Of a DNA stretch of 64,000 nt, positions 1-8,996 are shown one piece after another. The translations under genes and the position numbers were made by a program. How positions within the stretch are numbered: the stretch's first letter is position 1; each line of letters starts with the position of its first letter. The notes below the pieces were generated by a model. It ran no database searches, was not told the DNA's origin, and saw only the letters and a program-made list of their open reading frames with translations. Source of the DNA: an uncultured virus (IMG/VR IMGVR_UViG_3300035670_013234) (taxonomy: Duplodnaviria; Heunggongvirae; Uroviricota; Caudoviricetes); the IMG/VR virus record IMGVR_UViG_3300035670_013234; one strand, written 5' to 3'.

Positions 1-243
1 TTAGGGCTCTTGCGAACTATTAATAGATCTTTGAATGGCGTAGGGCGCAAGAGTCTTAAGAGCGCCAATACGATCTCCAGATTCAATCTGCCAGTATGCA
101 ACATCAATTGTTCGAATCAGCTCGGCTTTGTATTCTTCGCAAAATGCCTGGAGTTCTTTCTCAGTGAATACCCAAATATTTCCAGCGATCTCAGAAGGAT
201 CGGCAGGATCTTTTGAGTGCTTCCAGGCCAGCTCCTTCATCAT
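1..243 (-). CDS. hypothetical protein
   Basis: 80 aa ORF in a tightly packed minus-strand array. Confidence 0.6.
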   Translation of the reverse strand: MMKELAWKHSKDPADPSEIAGNIWVFTEKELQAFCEEYKAELIRTIDVAYWQIESGDRIGALKTLAPYAIQRSINSSQEP

Positions 244-398
244 ATCCTGATCTTCTTTGTAACTGCATCAGACATCAATGCAATTTTAGTCTGCAGCGGT
301 ATACTGTTGTCATTGATGAATGAGTGGGCTGGGCTTGTGTTGAAAGTTGATAAGTACATCCCAAGAGCCAAGAAGAATGCTTGCGGTAGGGTGTTCAT
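240..398 (-). CDS. small hypothetical protein (52 aa, not in ORF track)
   Basis: Hand translation MNTLPQAFFLALG...KKIRI*; its TGA overlaps the next ATG (ATGA). Confidence 0.5.
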   Translation of the reverse strand: MNTLPQAFFLALGMYLSTFNTSPAHSFINDNSIPLQTKIALMSDAVTKKIRI

Positions 399-416
399 AC
401 ATTTTCACACCGAAGG

Positions 417-764
417 TTATACATGATCGTTGCACCTAGTTCTCAGCCAATTATTTTTAACTTGATTCCGCCCTGGTGCGCCACAAACATCACAGACATT
501 ATTGCTAAGGCACTCTGCCATTGCAATAGCCCCATCAATAAAGTCATCGCCGATATCATAGTATACGCGAAGAGCACCAAACTTTTCTTTGATAGTGACA
601 ATCTTAAACCGACCATCAAGAGAAGTTTGAGCAACATGATGATTTAGTACATGTAGAAGATTCTTGATCAGTTCGTACCAACCATCGTTTACTTCAAAAT
701 ACAGATTTGATCCAAGAATATCAAAATATTTTTCTTCAAGACGATGTACGAGTTCTCTGTTCAT
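417..764 (-). CDS. hypothetical phage protein
   Basis: IKEKFGALRVY and C-terminal CDVCG motifs common in phage hypotheticals; ATGA overlap at 761-764. Confidence 0.7.
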   Translation of the reverse strand: MNRELVHRLEEKYFDILGSNLYFEVNDGWYELIKNLLHVLNHHVAQTSLDGRFKIVTIKEKFGALRVYYDIGDDFIDGAIAMAECLSNNVCDVCGAPGRNQVKNNWLRTRCNDHV

Positions 765-1057
765 TCTTGCCACCAAGTAATTTTCCCATGAATGTTTTCG
801 AATTGTTCGATTAGCTCTTCGTAATCCAGAACTTCTTCTGTTTCAAGAGTATCGAGCCATCGTGTGAGTTTCGACCAATCATTTGAATGCATGATTGGAA
901 GTGCATACTCTTCTGGGTACTCTGAGTCCGTACCGTAAATGTCGATACGACCAGCAGCCCAATGATCTCCATGCTTCTGCGTCCACACGAGAGACACGGG
1001 TCCCATCCAGTTTGTTCTATAGTGTATCACGGCTGTCTTCCGAATGCGCTGCGGCAT
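761..1057 (-). CDS. hypothetical protein (start uncertain)
   Basis: C-terminal part of track ORF 761..1204; start trimmed to limit overlap. Confidence 0.55.
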   Translation of the reverse strand: MPQRIRKTAVIHYRTNWMGPVSLVWTQKHGDHWAAGRIDIYGTDSEYPEEYALPIMHSNDWSKLTRWLDTLETEEVLDYEELIEQFENIHGKITWWQE

Positions 1058-1211
1058 CTTCTTGCCATTTTGCAAAGGCATTGTCTGCTGCTTTGCCTGG
1101 AGTATCGCCATAGCCACGAATACCATATCGCATAAAGCGTTCGTCCTCCCACTCAAGAACTGAACGCCAATCACCAGGGCTTTTCTCCCAGACACGAATT
1201 TCAATAATCAT
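1017..1211 (-). CDS. hypothetical protein
   Basis: ATGA coupling with the upstream ORF at 1208-1211. Confidence 0.5.
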   Translation of the reverse strand: MIIEIRVWEKSPGDWRSVLEWEDERFMRYGIRGYGDTPGKAADNAFAKWQEDAAAHSEDSRDTL

Positions 1212-1426
1212 TCGTCTACATCCCATTCTATGCCGTTATTATAGCACCACTGCTTCATGTTGTCAATGTCTTTTTGCGCCTCGGATTCATGGTAATTCCA
1301 CTCTTCGAGGGTGTACAGATCTCCACCACAACCACAATCACAACCAAACATAACGCCAAGTCTGCTTGGGATGAATTGTACAGATTGATAGTTGCGTACC
1401 AGTTCTTCCAACTCAGAGAATTTCAT
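1208..1426 (-). CDS. hypothetical protein
   Basis: 72 aa, GCDCGCGGD motif. Confidence 0.65.
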   Translation of the reverse strand: MKFSELEELVRNYQSVQFIPSRLGVMFGCDCGCGGDLYTLEEWNYHESEAQKDIDNMKQWCYNNGIEWDVDE

Positions 1427-1467
1427 GGTATCCAGATTCCCTTTACAATATTCACAAAATCTTTTTC

Positions 1468-1851
1468 TCAGCCATTGTCACACCAGCCTCTGGGATCCAG
1501 TCCGCCATCACTGATAATGTCCGTATAACTCTTGTTCTGTTTCCGCTTCAGGGCTTCGATTGCAGGATCAGTATACATGTCCTGCAAGTCTCTGTAAAGC
1601 CTGCTGTGGAAACTGTCTTCACCATCGTCGCCAGAAACCAACCAGTCAATACGCTGGGCATAAATCTGAGCCATCTTTAGATAGTAGAGCCCTTTCTTAA
1701 ACTCTTCCATGGTCTCCGCAGAGAAACCATAGCCAACTCGCTCGCCCCATTCATTGAGTTCCTGCGACTCATTGGCGTGGATCATCCGCTCTACTTCATC
1801 CGAGATATCTTGGATTTTGTATTGGTTGTAATCAAAGTGTCCGCCTGACAT
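1468..1851 (-). CDS. hypothetical phage protein
   Basis: MSGGHFDY...RIDWLVSGDDGE motifs typical of a recurrent phage family. Confidence 0.7.
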   Translation of the reverse strand: MSGGHFDYNQYKIQDISDEVERMIHANESQELNEWGERVGYGFSAETMEEFKKGLYYLKMAQIYAQRIDWLVSGDDGEDSFHSRLYRDLQDMYTDPAIEALKRKQNKSYTDIISDGGLDPRGWCDNG

Positions 1852-2036
1852 TAGATTACCTCGTATTGATGAGTTTCCTCGATGCTTACCTCAAGGTTCC
1901 ACATGTGCGAATAGACTGATTGCTCTTTAAGCCAAGCAAAGAATTTATCCTGTGCTTCAACAAGCGTATTAGCCTGGATAATAACTTTGCCAGTCCAGAT
2001 GTTGCCTTTACTAGTTGCTGTTGCCAGATATTTCAT
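1851..2036 (-). CDS. hypothetical protein
   Basis: Starts MKYLATATSKG; TAATG coupling at 1851. Confidence 0.55.
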   Translation of the reverse strand: MKYLATATSKGNIWTGKVIIQANTLVEAQDKFFAWLKEQSVYSHMWNLEVSIEETHQYEVI

Positions 2037-2037
2037 A

Positions 2038-2262
2038 TCAATCTCCACTGTCAATGGTTTTGACTTTGTTGCAAAGTTTGCACTGGTACTCATTGTAGCA
2101 GCGACCAAGATTTCTCGTATGTTTCCAATCATGGTAGCAGCCTTCTTTTTCGACCGTACCGATACCTTTGCACTCGTGGCATGTAGACTGGGCGCCACTA
2201 GCCCATGTAATAAGACCCTGCCCTTTGCAGGTACGGCATTCATGTTTCACTTTAATCTCCAA
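2038..2262 (-). CDS. small zinc-finger protein (DnaJ-type CxxCxGxG repeats)
   Basis: CRTCKGQG and CHECKGIG plus CKLC. Confidence 0.6.
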   Translation of the reverse strand: MEIKVKHECRTCKGQGLITWASGAQSTCHECKGIGTVEKEGCYHDWKHTRNLGRCYNEYQCKLCNKVKTIDSGD

Positions 2263-2282
2263 CTCATCACTCTATACATACC

Positions 2283-2341
2283 ATTATACGCGGATGAGTA
2301 GAAAAAACTATAGCAAAAACTCTAATTAAATCAATGACTTA
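2283..2341 (-). promoter_or_regulatory. promoter with IHF-like box (copy 1)
   Basis: TATAAT at 2288-2283; AAATCAATGACTTA at 2328-2341; 39 nt gap. Confidence 0.75.
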
Positions 2342-2344
2342 GGC

Positions 2345-2773
2345 TTAACTGTTGATTTGTCTAAACTCGAACTCTGAGCCATTTACAGTGATCTCCACCA
2401 ATTTATCGCCAGAATAGCGAAGATACTCGCGCCCACCATCAATCATGTTATCGCCTTTGGTGACGCAATCATGGCGATATCGCGAGACAATTACTTCGCC
2501 GTCCTCGCAGAGAACACCAGTCAATCCAGCTGCGAACGCTGACTCAGCATTGGTGATGTATACGTTCTCACCCTGAACAAAGAGGCCAAAGTAATTGCTA
2601 TGGCCCTTCTCGCGGTCTGGGTTGGCCTGATAGAATACATCGACGGGTGAATCATTCCACCAGCCTGCGCTATGCCGAGTACACCATGCACCCATGTACT
2701 GGGCATCATACATATCTTCGGCTTTCCGAATACCTTCTTCGGTGAACCAATAGGGTTTGTTGCTGATAAACAT
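2345..2773 (-). CDS. hypothetical phage protein
   Basis: Starts MFISNKPY; SRYRHD...IDGGREY motif. Confidence 0.7.
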   Translation of the reverse strand: MFISNKPYWFTEEGIRKAEDMYDAQYMGAWCTRHSAGWWNDSPVDVFYQANPDREKGHSNYFGLFVQGENVYITNAESAFAAGLTGVLCEDGEVIVSRYRHDCVTKGDNMIDGGREYLRYSGDKLVEITVNGSEFEFRQINS

Positions 2774-2774
2774 A

Positions 2775-3182
2775 TTATTGCATTCCATCTTGATATGCTT
2801 CCATTTCAAATTGAGCTTGTTGTTCGCGCATCTTGTTTTCGCAGCCAGTAATCCAAGCTGTTCGAGCGCCAGGATTACCAGCATAGGTAGCAGGAACTCG
2901 ACGCGAGCATGCGCTGTAGAATCCACCTCGACTTGAGGGAGCATACACTCCTCCGCCATATACTTGGTGTTCCCTGCTATGATTCAGAACAGCATTACCA
3001 GCCATGACTCCAAGTACAGCGCCGATGGCTTGCTCTGACGATGAACCGCCAAGACCATCAGCGATCTTGTAGCCAGCCATACCACCCAGTACTGTCGACA
3101 TCAGCTGACCCGTGTCTTGAGCTGTTGCGCAGCCAGAAGTCAGAGCCATCGATGCAAGAAACGCTACAGTCTTGATTTTCAT
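2775..3182 (-). CDS. glycine-zipper lipoprotein
   Basis: Signal peptide with lipobox LTSGC, then GGMAG...GAVLGVMAG glycine zipper. Confidence 0.7.
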   Translation of the reverse strand: MKIKTVAFLASMALTSGCATAQDTGQLMSTVLGGMAGYKIADGLGGSSSEQAIGAVLGVMAGNAVLNHSREHQVYGGGVYAPSSRGGFYSACSRRVPATYAGNPGARTAWITGCENKMREQQAQFEMEAYQDGMQ

Positions 3183-3580
3183 TTACCTATCCTCTTTGCA
3201 ACTTCTGCTACATGTTTGCAGTGCTTGCGATACTCAAACCCAACACAATTACACTTGAACTTCCCGTTCATGACTCCGACCAGATAGGTGTTGCCCTTAG
3301 CCTTGGAAACAACCTTGAATGCTCGGAAGCCAGTGGGGGCTGCTCGGCCTGAACCTGAGATATATTTGATAGACTCGACATAACGCAGGTCTATGTTCCG
3401 AACCCGAATATATTTATCGCCCGTCATGTTGAACGTGTTCGGGCGGTCCCACTTATCTGTGGGGACAACTCGACCCTCATACACTTCCTGCTTTGGTGGA
3501 GGCATATCGGGCCATGCATACCGAAAGTCGGTAGGCTTGATCGTCACTCGAACGAATGACTCAACGCTGGGCATATTCAC
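3179..3580 (-). CDS. SWIM zinc-finger protein
   Basis: C-terminal CNC-x7-CKH. Confidence 0.7.
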   Translation of the reverse strand: MNMPSVESFVRVTIKPTDFRYAWPDMPPPKQEVYEGRVVPTDKWDRPNTFNMTGDKYIRVRNIDLRYVESIKYISGSGRAAPTGFRAFKVVSKAKGNTYLVGVMNGKFKCNCVGFEYRKHCKHVAEVAKRIGK

Positions 3581-3774
3581 AGGACGTAGTTCACCAGTTC
3601 GTTTGCATACACTTCGATGGTTTCGGGTCCAAACCTGGACTCGGTCTCTACGCGAAGAAGGATATGCCCGTTCTCCTCGTAGACTTCCTTGATGCCCACA
3701 TAAGTCCCCCAGAGGGGATAGAATGCAGTCTTGTAAAGACGAAGACGCTCGACGCTCATTTCAGTTACCATATC
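3577..3774 (-). CDS. hypothetical protein (start uncertain)
   Basis: Track ORF 3577..3822 extends into a promoter, so a downstream start is more likely. Confidence 0.5.
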   Translation of the reverse strand, partial: DMVTEMSVERLRLYKTAFYPLWGTYVGIKEVYEENGHILLRVETESRFGPETIEVYANELVNYVL

Positions 3775-3790
3775 AGCTTCCACAATATCC

Positions 3791-3849
3791 ATTCTACCGT
3801 ATTTTTCAACTAAAAATAGCATAAAAACGCCTTATGAATCAATAACTTA
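3791..3849 (-). promoter_or_regulatory. promoter with IHF-like box (copy 2)
   Basis: TAGAAT at 3796-3791; GAATCAATAACTTA at 3836-3849; 39 nt gap. Confidence 0.7.
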
Positions 3850-4092
3850 GCGACCCATAGCTTCCAGCCAGGATAAAATCTCCCCACTGAGCTCTCTGGC
3901 TTTCGGATCCGCGCTCTTCAAATTCATTGTAGCCAGCTGTTTGGCGGCATTCAATGTTTGCACGATAGCAAATGCATGCTCAACGGTTGGGGGATTATCG
4001 TCGATCTTTGAATATTGTTTTTCGCCAAGACGAAGTTCGAGTGCTCGGACTCTAGCTTCAAGATCAGCGATTTTCTTTTGCATTGGTGTCAT
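3847..4092 (-). CDS. hypothetical coiled-coil protein
   Basis: AGGAG SD, ATGA overlap at 4089-4092. Confidence 0.65.
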   Translation of the reverse strand: MTPMQKKIADLEARVRALELRLGEKQYSKIDDNPPTVEHAFAIVQTLNAAKQLATMNLKSADPKARELSGEILSWLEAMGR

Positions 4093-4268
4093 TGTTGAAT
4101 TCTCCTGATTAGTTGTTCTCGCTCTTCCCACTCTTCTCGGTTATAATCTTTGCGCGGATCAAACTTCCATTCCCTTTGGTTCGTTTGTTGTTGGTTTCTC
4201 AGGTTTCTTCGGGCACGACGTTCGAATTTATCATCATCATAGTCGCGGTAATTTCTGCTTTTACTCAT
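4089..4268 (-). CDS. small charged hypothetical protein (59 aa, not in track)
   Basis: MSKSRNYRDYDDDKF...IQQ*; ATGA overlaps at both ends. Confidence 0.6.
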   Translation of the reverse strand: MSKSRNYRDYDDDKFERRARRNLRNQQQTNQREWKFDPRKDYNREEWEEREQLIRRIQQ

Positions 4269-4771
4269 AGGTTTAGTTTGGCTACCTCTTTTTCTCTCAG
4301 TTTTAAAATGCGCCTGAACTGTTCATAGGTTCCAACGCTCCGACCATAGGCTTCAACTTCCCATGGGCTGTCCCAGTATTCAATAAAGTTATCTGTGTCT
4401 TTGTAGATCTTACCTTCATATCGTACTGAGCCATTTACATAGTCAAACAGCTGATTGTTGGTATACTGCTTGACATGAATTAGTTCGTGAATAAGAGTAG
4501 CCACTATGTCCTTCATTCGAGTATCAATCTTCTTGGCCTTCTTGACCAATGACTTTTGTATTCTGATCTCAAACTTCTTTCGATCTTGTTCAACCCCAAG
4601 ATAGCAACACTCACCGCCCCATGTTGCCTTTTTGTCCTTGATAAGGATCACATCAACGTCAATCTTTCGTTGCTTTGACTTGGTGATGTACTTATCGAGA
4701 GTAAACCTGGCTGCAAGTTTCAGGTATAGCATCTCTTCTTTTGAAAGTTTCTCTCCGCTGAATTTTAGCAT
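4265..4771 (-). CDS. zincin-like metallopeptidase
   Basis: IHELIHVKQY (HExxH) and downstream PWEVEAY. Confidence 0.7.
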   Translation of the reverse strand: MLKFSGEKLSKEEMLYLKLAARFTLDKYITKSKQRKIDVDVILIKDKKATWGGECCYLGVEQDRKKFEIRIQKSLVKKAKKIDTRMKDIVATLIHELIHVKQYTNNQLFDYVNGSVRYEGKIYKDTDNFIEYWDSPWEVEAYGRSVGTYEQFRRILKLREKEVAKLNL

Positions 4772-4797
4772 TGAAATACCCCCCGAGGAATCCAAAC

Positions 4798-4805
4798 TAT
4801 TTATA
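4798..4805 (-). promoter_or_regulatory. T4-type late promoter TATAAATA
   Basis: Exact gp55 consensus about 27 nt upstream of the peptidase start. Confidence 0.6.
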
Positions 4806-5853
4806 CAACCCTTAGCAGGATTGTATCCGCATTAACCCTACCATTAAGAAGGGAAGGTTTGGAATTCACCCCATCCATGACCTTTCGTAGAACTAGTTTA
4901 CCTCCATTGACAACGTCAGGCAAAACTTTTTCGGGCTTTCGAAGAGTCTTGGATATTGAGGAGCTGGCAGCATAACCCTCGATTGAGGAACCTTTGACCG
5001 ATAGGCCTGAGGCATCCATGGCCACATAGACCCCGAGTTTTCGAGTCTTGACGTTATAGACCCAGAGCTGGGAAGCACCGACGATCTTGATAGGATCGAC
5101 AGACTGCAGCTTTAGTTTGTTATCAGCCTTCATGTACTTGATCTTCGAAACTTTCTTCTCGGCTGAGATGGGCTTCTTCTTACGAGGTTTGCGGGCAACC
5201 TTCTTGTTCTCAAGGAACTTGCTGGCGTCCGCTACAATAGCCCCATAACAGCGAAGCAGATTCATCATACGCTTCTTCGTGTAGCTGGAGTATCCCTCGA
5301 CCAGATCGGCGTCCTTGCCTTCGGCCGCGAGCATAGGCTCGGCTGCTTCCTTCTTGAAGTGATTGATGATGAATGGAACATGAGCGGATTTCACTCCGTT
5401 ATCGGTCATCCACTTGTATGCGTCCATCTTCTGATAGTTGCCTGTGATGCCATATTCATCGACCAATCCCTCCAGATCAGCAATGAACTGTTGGGCTTTC
5501 TGTTCGACTAGCTCCTGGATGTTGACAACTTTTTTGCTGGCAACGGGAACTGCGAGCTCTTCAATCTTTTTATTGTACTCCTGCTCCATCTTGGCCGCAG
5601 TATCGCACTCTGGATGAGGCAGAACGCACCCACGAGATACCATGCGCTTAGACCATGCCAGAGTCTCGAAACCTTCAACCCACTTCGGGTTCTTGGCGCC
5701 AAGATACTTGGCTGCGTCCTCCTGCTTCATGTTTACGCCATACCAAGTCAGCGCTGCACCAATCTGCGCTCGAGTGGCTGGCTTGGTGCTATCCCACGTG
5801 GGCTCGTCGCTCTTGTTCTTGGAAATAATACGATTGCGAGTCTTCGCTTTCAT
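4801..5853 (-). CDS. conserved hypothetical protein of T4-like phages
   Basis: 350 aa; C-terminal LWVYNVKTRKL...KTLRKP...NGRVN. Confidence 0.75.
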   Translation of the reverse strand: MKAKTRNRIISKNKSDEPTWDSTKPATRAQIGAALTWYGVNMKQEDAAKYLGAKNPKWVEGFETLAWSKRMVSRGCVLPHPECDTAAKMEQEYNKKIEELAVPVASKKVVNIQELVEQKAQQFIADLEGLVDEYGITGNYQKMDAYKWMTDNGVKSAHVPFIINHFKKEAAEPMLAAEGKDADLVEGYSSYTKKRMMNLLRCYGAIVADASKFLENKKVARKPRKKKPISAEKKVSKIKYMKADNKLKLQSVDPIKIVGASQLWVYNVKTRKLGVYVAMDASGLSVKGSSIEGYAASSSISKTLRKPEKVLPDVVNGGKLVLRKVMDGVNSKPSLLNGRVNADTILLRVV

Positions 5854-5880
5854 GTCTTACTCTCGATGAAACATGATACC

Positions 5881-5940
5881 ATTGTACTAAGATATCTCTA
5901 GAAAAACTAGTATAAAAACTCGTTACAAATCAATTACTTA
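5881..5940 (-). promoter_or_regulatory. promoter with IHF-like box (copy 3)
   Basis: TACAAT at 5886-5881; AAATCAATTACTTA at 5927-5940; 40 nt gap. Confidence 0.7.
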
Positions 5941-6179
5941 ACGTCGCGCACCGATCCAACCCGAAATGAACGCCACTGATTGACACCAAGATCCCAGACA
6001 GCAATGGAATTGCCAGTCTCCTCGGTGAGCATTGGAGCCTTGTTTCGATATTCTTCAGGCAGGTACTGCGACTGTAGCGTACAACTCATTACTCGAACTG
6101 TACCGTCAACCTTTTCAAACGTTACAGACACAACTCCGTTGCGGAGACGATTGATCAAATCTTCACGTGTAAATAGCAT
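5934..6179 (-). CDS. WYL_2/DUF2693-like SH3-fold protein
   Basis: VTFEKVDGTVRVMSCTL...VWDL...WRSFR. Confidence 0.75.
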   Translation of the reverse strand: MLFTREDLINRLRNGVVSVTFEKVDGTVRVMSCTLQSQYLPEEYRNKAPMLTEETGNSIAVWDLGVNQWRSFRVGSVRDVK

Positions 6180-6180
6180 A

Positions 6181-6558
6181 TCACTTTGCCTCTTTCAGAT
6201 ATTTACGAACTAGTTTATCACTAAATCCAAACATTTCCAACAACTCAAACAATGCAGTTTTTATATCATCTATTTTATGCGAGTTTACTCGAAACATCAA
6301 GCCAGAATATCCTGACTTACCCATACGCTCAACATACCCCATCTCGTCGCCAATGATAGCCGAGAACAACTCCGCTTTATCTCGCTCTTCTTGTTCTTTA
6401 AACAGCAGAATATTGTACTTATACCCCAAATCAGTTTTTCTATCTTTTTTCTTTTTATCAGTTAACTTAACATATCTTGAGTTCATATACTCTAAGTTCA
6501 ATTGATACCAAATAATCAAATCGCAATCAGCAACAGCTTGCTTCTCTTCTTCGGTCAT
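6181..6558 (-). CDS. hypothetical protein
   Basis: 125 aa, TAATG coupling. Confidence 0.6.
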   Translation of the reverse strand: MTEEEKQAVADCDLIIWYQLNLEYMNSRYVKLTDKKKKDRKTDLGYKYNILLFKEQEERDKAELFSAIIGDEMGYVERMGKSGYSGLMFRVNSHKIDDIKTALFELLEMFGFSDKLVRKYLKEAK

Positions 6559-6977
6559 TATTTTTCCTTAAGATGTTTGGCATGTATTTTACAGCCAATG
6601 AATTCATTATAATAGTCATCGCTCAACAACACATCTTTCTCGAACTGTAGCTTTGCTTCCCAGTAGGACATTGAGCCCTTTGATTCACACAGCTTCAGTA
6701 TTTCTCTCTTAAACAACTTAGATCCTTTCTTTTCAACAAGAAGTTTAACCTGCTCACTAGAACTATAATACTCTTTCCAGTCGGATTCGTCAACTTTTTT
6801 TCTGCGCTTGGTTTTACCTTTGAGAGGCGGGAGCTTTCTGACTGATATGAAGTTCTTTTTGCCGATATATTTCTTCCCAGTCTCAAGGTTGGTAATTTCA
6901 TATACAAAGCCCTGAGCTGTTCCAATCATCTCAGAAGTAAATGGTTTGCCTTGATACAACCAAGGATTATCATACAT
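6558..6977 (-). CDS. GIY-YIG nuclease family protein
   Basis: GFVYEITNLETGKKYIGKK, YYSSS, YYN. Confidence 0.8.
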   Translation of the reverse strand: MYDNPWLYQGKPFTSEMIGTAQGFVYEITNLETGKKYIGKKNFISVRKLPPLKGKTKRRKKVDESDWKEYYSSSEQVKLLVEKKGSKLFKREILKLCESKGSMSYWEAKLQFEKDVLLSDDYYNEFIGCKIHAKHLKEK

Positions 6978-7293
6978 CTCTAGTGATCGATGTTATCTTG
7001 TCAATTTGAGCTTGAATGATAGGAACTCGATTTTCCCACTTGATGTAGGCTTTATCAGGATTCTTCATAAGGTTATAAAGCAGGGGCAGAATTAAACCTT
7101 CTACCTCTTTGAGTTTGGCTTTGTAGAATGCTTCGATATACTGAGACTGCTGTGTCAGAACACCATCAATCTTATCCTGCAAAACTTTCAGATCATCAGT
7201 TGTTGCGACTGGCTGCGTTGTTGTTTGGGTTGCTGTTGTTGCTGCTTCTTCAGCATCAGCAAAAGAGAATCCAAAGTCATAGTCTCCGCTCAT
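6970..7293 (-). CDS. hypothetical T4-like phage protein
   Basis: DFGFSF N-terminus; ILPLLYNLMKNPDKAYIKWENR. Confidence 0.7.
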   Translation of the reverse strand: MSGDYDFGFSFADAEEAATTATQTTTQPVATTDDLKVLQDKIDGVLTQQSQYIEAFYKAKLKEVEGLILPLLYNLMKNPDKAYIKWENRVPIIQAQIDKITSITRDV

Positions 7294-8271
7294 TTAAACC
7301 TCAATCAAATTTTGATGAAAGATATTCCAACATGCTTCCCAAGACCATTCCTTAGTATTTATTCTACCAAGTTCAAAGCATCTATCAATAGCTGTTTCTA
7401 GGTTATCGTCAAGAATTCCGTTTATGCCAGAATCAACAATATCGATTGGACCGACTACTGGGAATGCAGCAACAGGAGTTCCTGCACTCATCGCCTCTAC
7501 CATAACAATACCAAAAGTATCCGTCTTACTCGGAAAACAAAATACAGATGCATTTAGATAATATTGGAACAGTTCTTTCCCTGTTTTGTATCCAACAAAC
7601 TTTGCCTTTTTATATTTTTGTTCTAAATGTTTCCTGTCTGGTCCATCGCCAACAATAACTATGTTATACTTGTCTTGGAGTTTCAATAATTCTTCTATGT
7701 TCTTTTCCTTCGAAACCCTTCCAACAAAAAGCACTGAGTTATCTGGCGCTCTTTCAAGTCCAGTTAGATTGGACATATCAACTCCCCGAGTCCACTCTAC
7801 TATATTACCATCAAATTTATTCTCGATCAGAAGAGACTTCATTGATTTTGTTGTTGTCAGAACAACCCCAGAATGCTTATGGAACCAACGAAGATATTTG
7901 TATGTGTAATCTGTTGGTATACCATACAAACTCTTCATATATTCTGGAAATTTAGTATGATATGATGTATTATACCATAGATTATTTCTATCACAGTATA
8001 ACTTAGCTGCTAGACCAATTGGCCCTTCGGTGGCAATGTGAATATAATCGGGTTGTATTGATTCAATTTTTCGGCTGATTCTAAACGGAAAAGCCAGTTT
8101 GATCTCTTTGTAGGCAGGAAAAGAAAAATGAAAGAATTCGCTAGGGTCGAGAAAGTGCATCTCATACCCAGAGCGTTCAGCTTCCTTAGCAAGGTGCTTA
8201 AAAGTGATAGCCACTCCATTGATTTGATCCTTTAGATTGTCAGTAACAACTAAGATTCTATGTTTGCCCAT
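7294..8271 (-). CDS. agt: GT4 glycosyltransferase, Agt-like (diacylglycerol glycosyltransferase)
   Basis: RILVVTD..QINGV, IHIATEGPIG, TSYHTKFPEY, VGRVSKEKN, FPSKTDTFGIVMVEAMSAGTPV; coupled to plcP. Confidence 0.75.
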   Translation of the reverse strand: MGKHRILVVTDNLKDQINGVAITFKHLAKEAERSGYEMHFLDPSEFFHFSFPAYKEIKLAFPFRISRKIESIQPDYIHIATEGPIGLAAKLYCDRNNLWYNTSYHTKFPEYMKSLYGIPTDYTYKYLRWFHKHSGVVLTTTKSMKSLLIENKFDGNIVEWTRGVDMSNLTGLERAPDNSVLFVGRVSKEKNIEELLKLQDKYNIVIVGDGPDRKHLEQKYKKAKFVGYKTGKELFQYYLNASVFCFPSKTDTFGIVMVEAMSAGTPVAAFPVVGPIDIVDSGINGILDDNLETAIDRCFELGRINTKEWSWEACWNIFHQNLIEV

Positions 8272-8996
8272 GTCACTATCTGCCATTGTCCATCTGTATG
8301 TTCTACCAAAGCAGTTAGCGATTCGACCCAATCGCCATCATTCATGTATATGATTCCATCTATTTCTTTAATTTCAGCATGATGGATGTGACCGCAGATA
8401 ACCCCATCAAAACCTCTTTTTTTACAATAAGAAGTTAAATTATTCTCAAACTTATACATAAATGCTATTGCTTGTTTCACTTTATGTTTAAGATAACTGG
8501 AAAGCGACCAGTATCCAAATCCAAGTTTTCTTCTGAGCCAATTGAACTTTGAGTTTAGCGTTAAAACAAAATCATAGGATCGATCGCCGAGAAAGCTAAC
8601 CCAAGGGACGATTCTGTTGATTCCATCGAACATATCACCATGAACTACAAGATATCTTTTCTGATCTATTCCGATGTGCTCATACTGATTTGCTATTTCT
8701 ATATTACCAAAAGAAAACTCATAGGGCATAAATGTTCTGAGAAACTCATCGTGGTTACCAGCAACATAGATTACCTTGGTTCCTTTCTTTGCATAGCTTA
8801 GGATCTTTCTAACTACATTGGTATGGTTCTGATCCCATCTCCACCTATTCTGTTGGATCTTCCAACCATCAATTATATCACCAATCAGATACAATGTGTC
8901 ACAGGTATTATTTTTGAGAAAATCTAAAAGATGAAGAGCCTTACAATCTTTCGACCCTAAGTGTACGTCTGATATGAATATACTTCTAAAGTGCAT
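8250..8996 (-). CDS. plcP: PlcP-like metallophosphoesterase (phospholipase C; LpxH/YbbF superfamily)
   Basis: ISDVHLG, GDIIDGW, GNHDEF, HGDMFD, CGHIH, YMNDGDWVES. Confidence 0.8.
   Translation of the reverse strand: MHFRSIFISDVHLGSKDCKALHLLDFLKNNTCDTLYLIGDIIDGWKIQQNRWRWDQNHTNVVRKILSYAKKGTKVIYVAGNHDEFLRTFMPYEFSFGNIEIANQYEHIGIDQKRYLVVHGDMFDGINRIVPWVSFLGDRSYDFVLTLNSKFNWLRRKLGFGYWSLSSYLKHKVKQAIAFMYKFENNLTSYCKKRGFDGVICGHIHHAEIKEIDGIIYMNDGDWVESLTALVEHTDGQWQIVTWANIES

Noticed and set aside
8250..8996. Annotation as LpxH (lipid A biosynthesis)
   Set aside because: GNHD rather than GNRD, and coupling to an Agt-like GT4, fit PlcP better.
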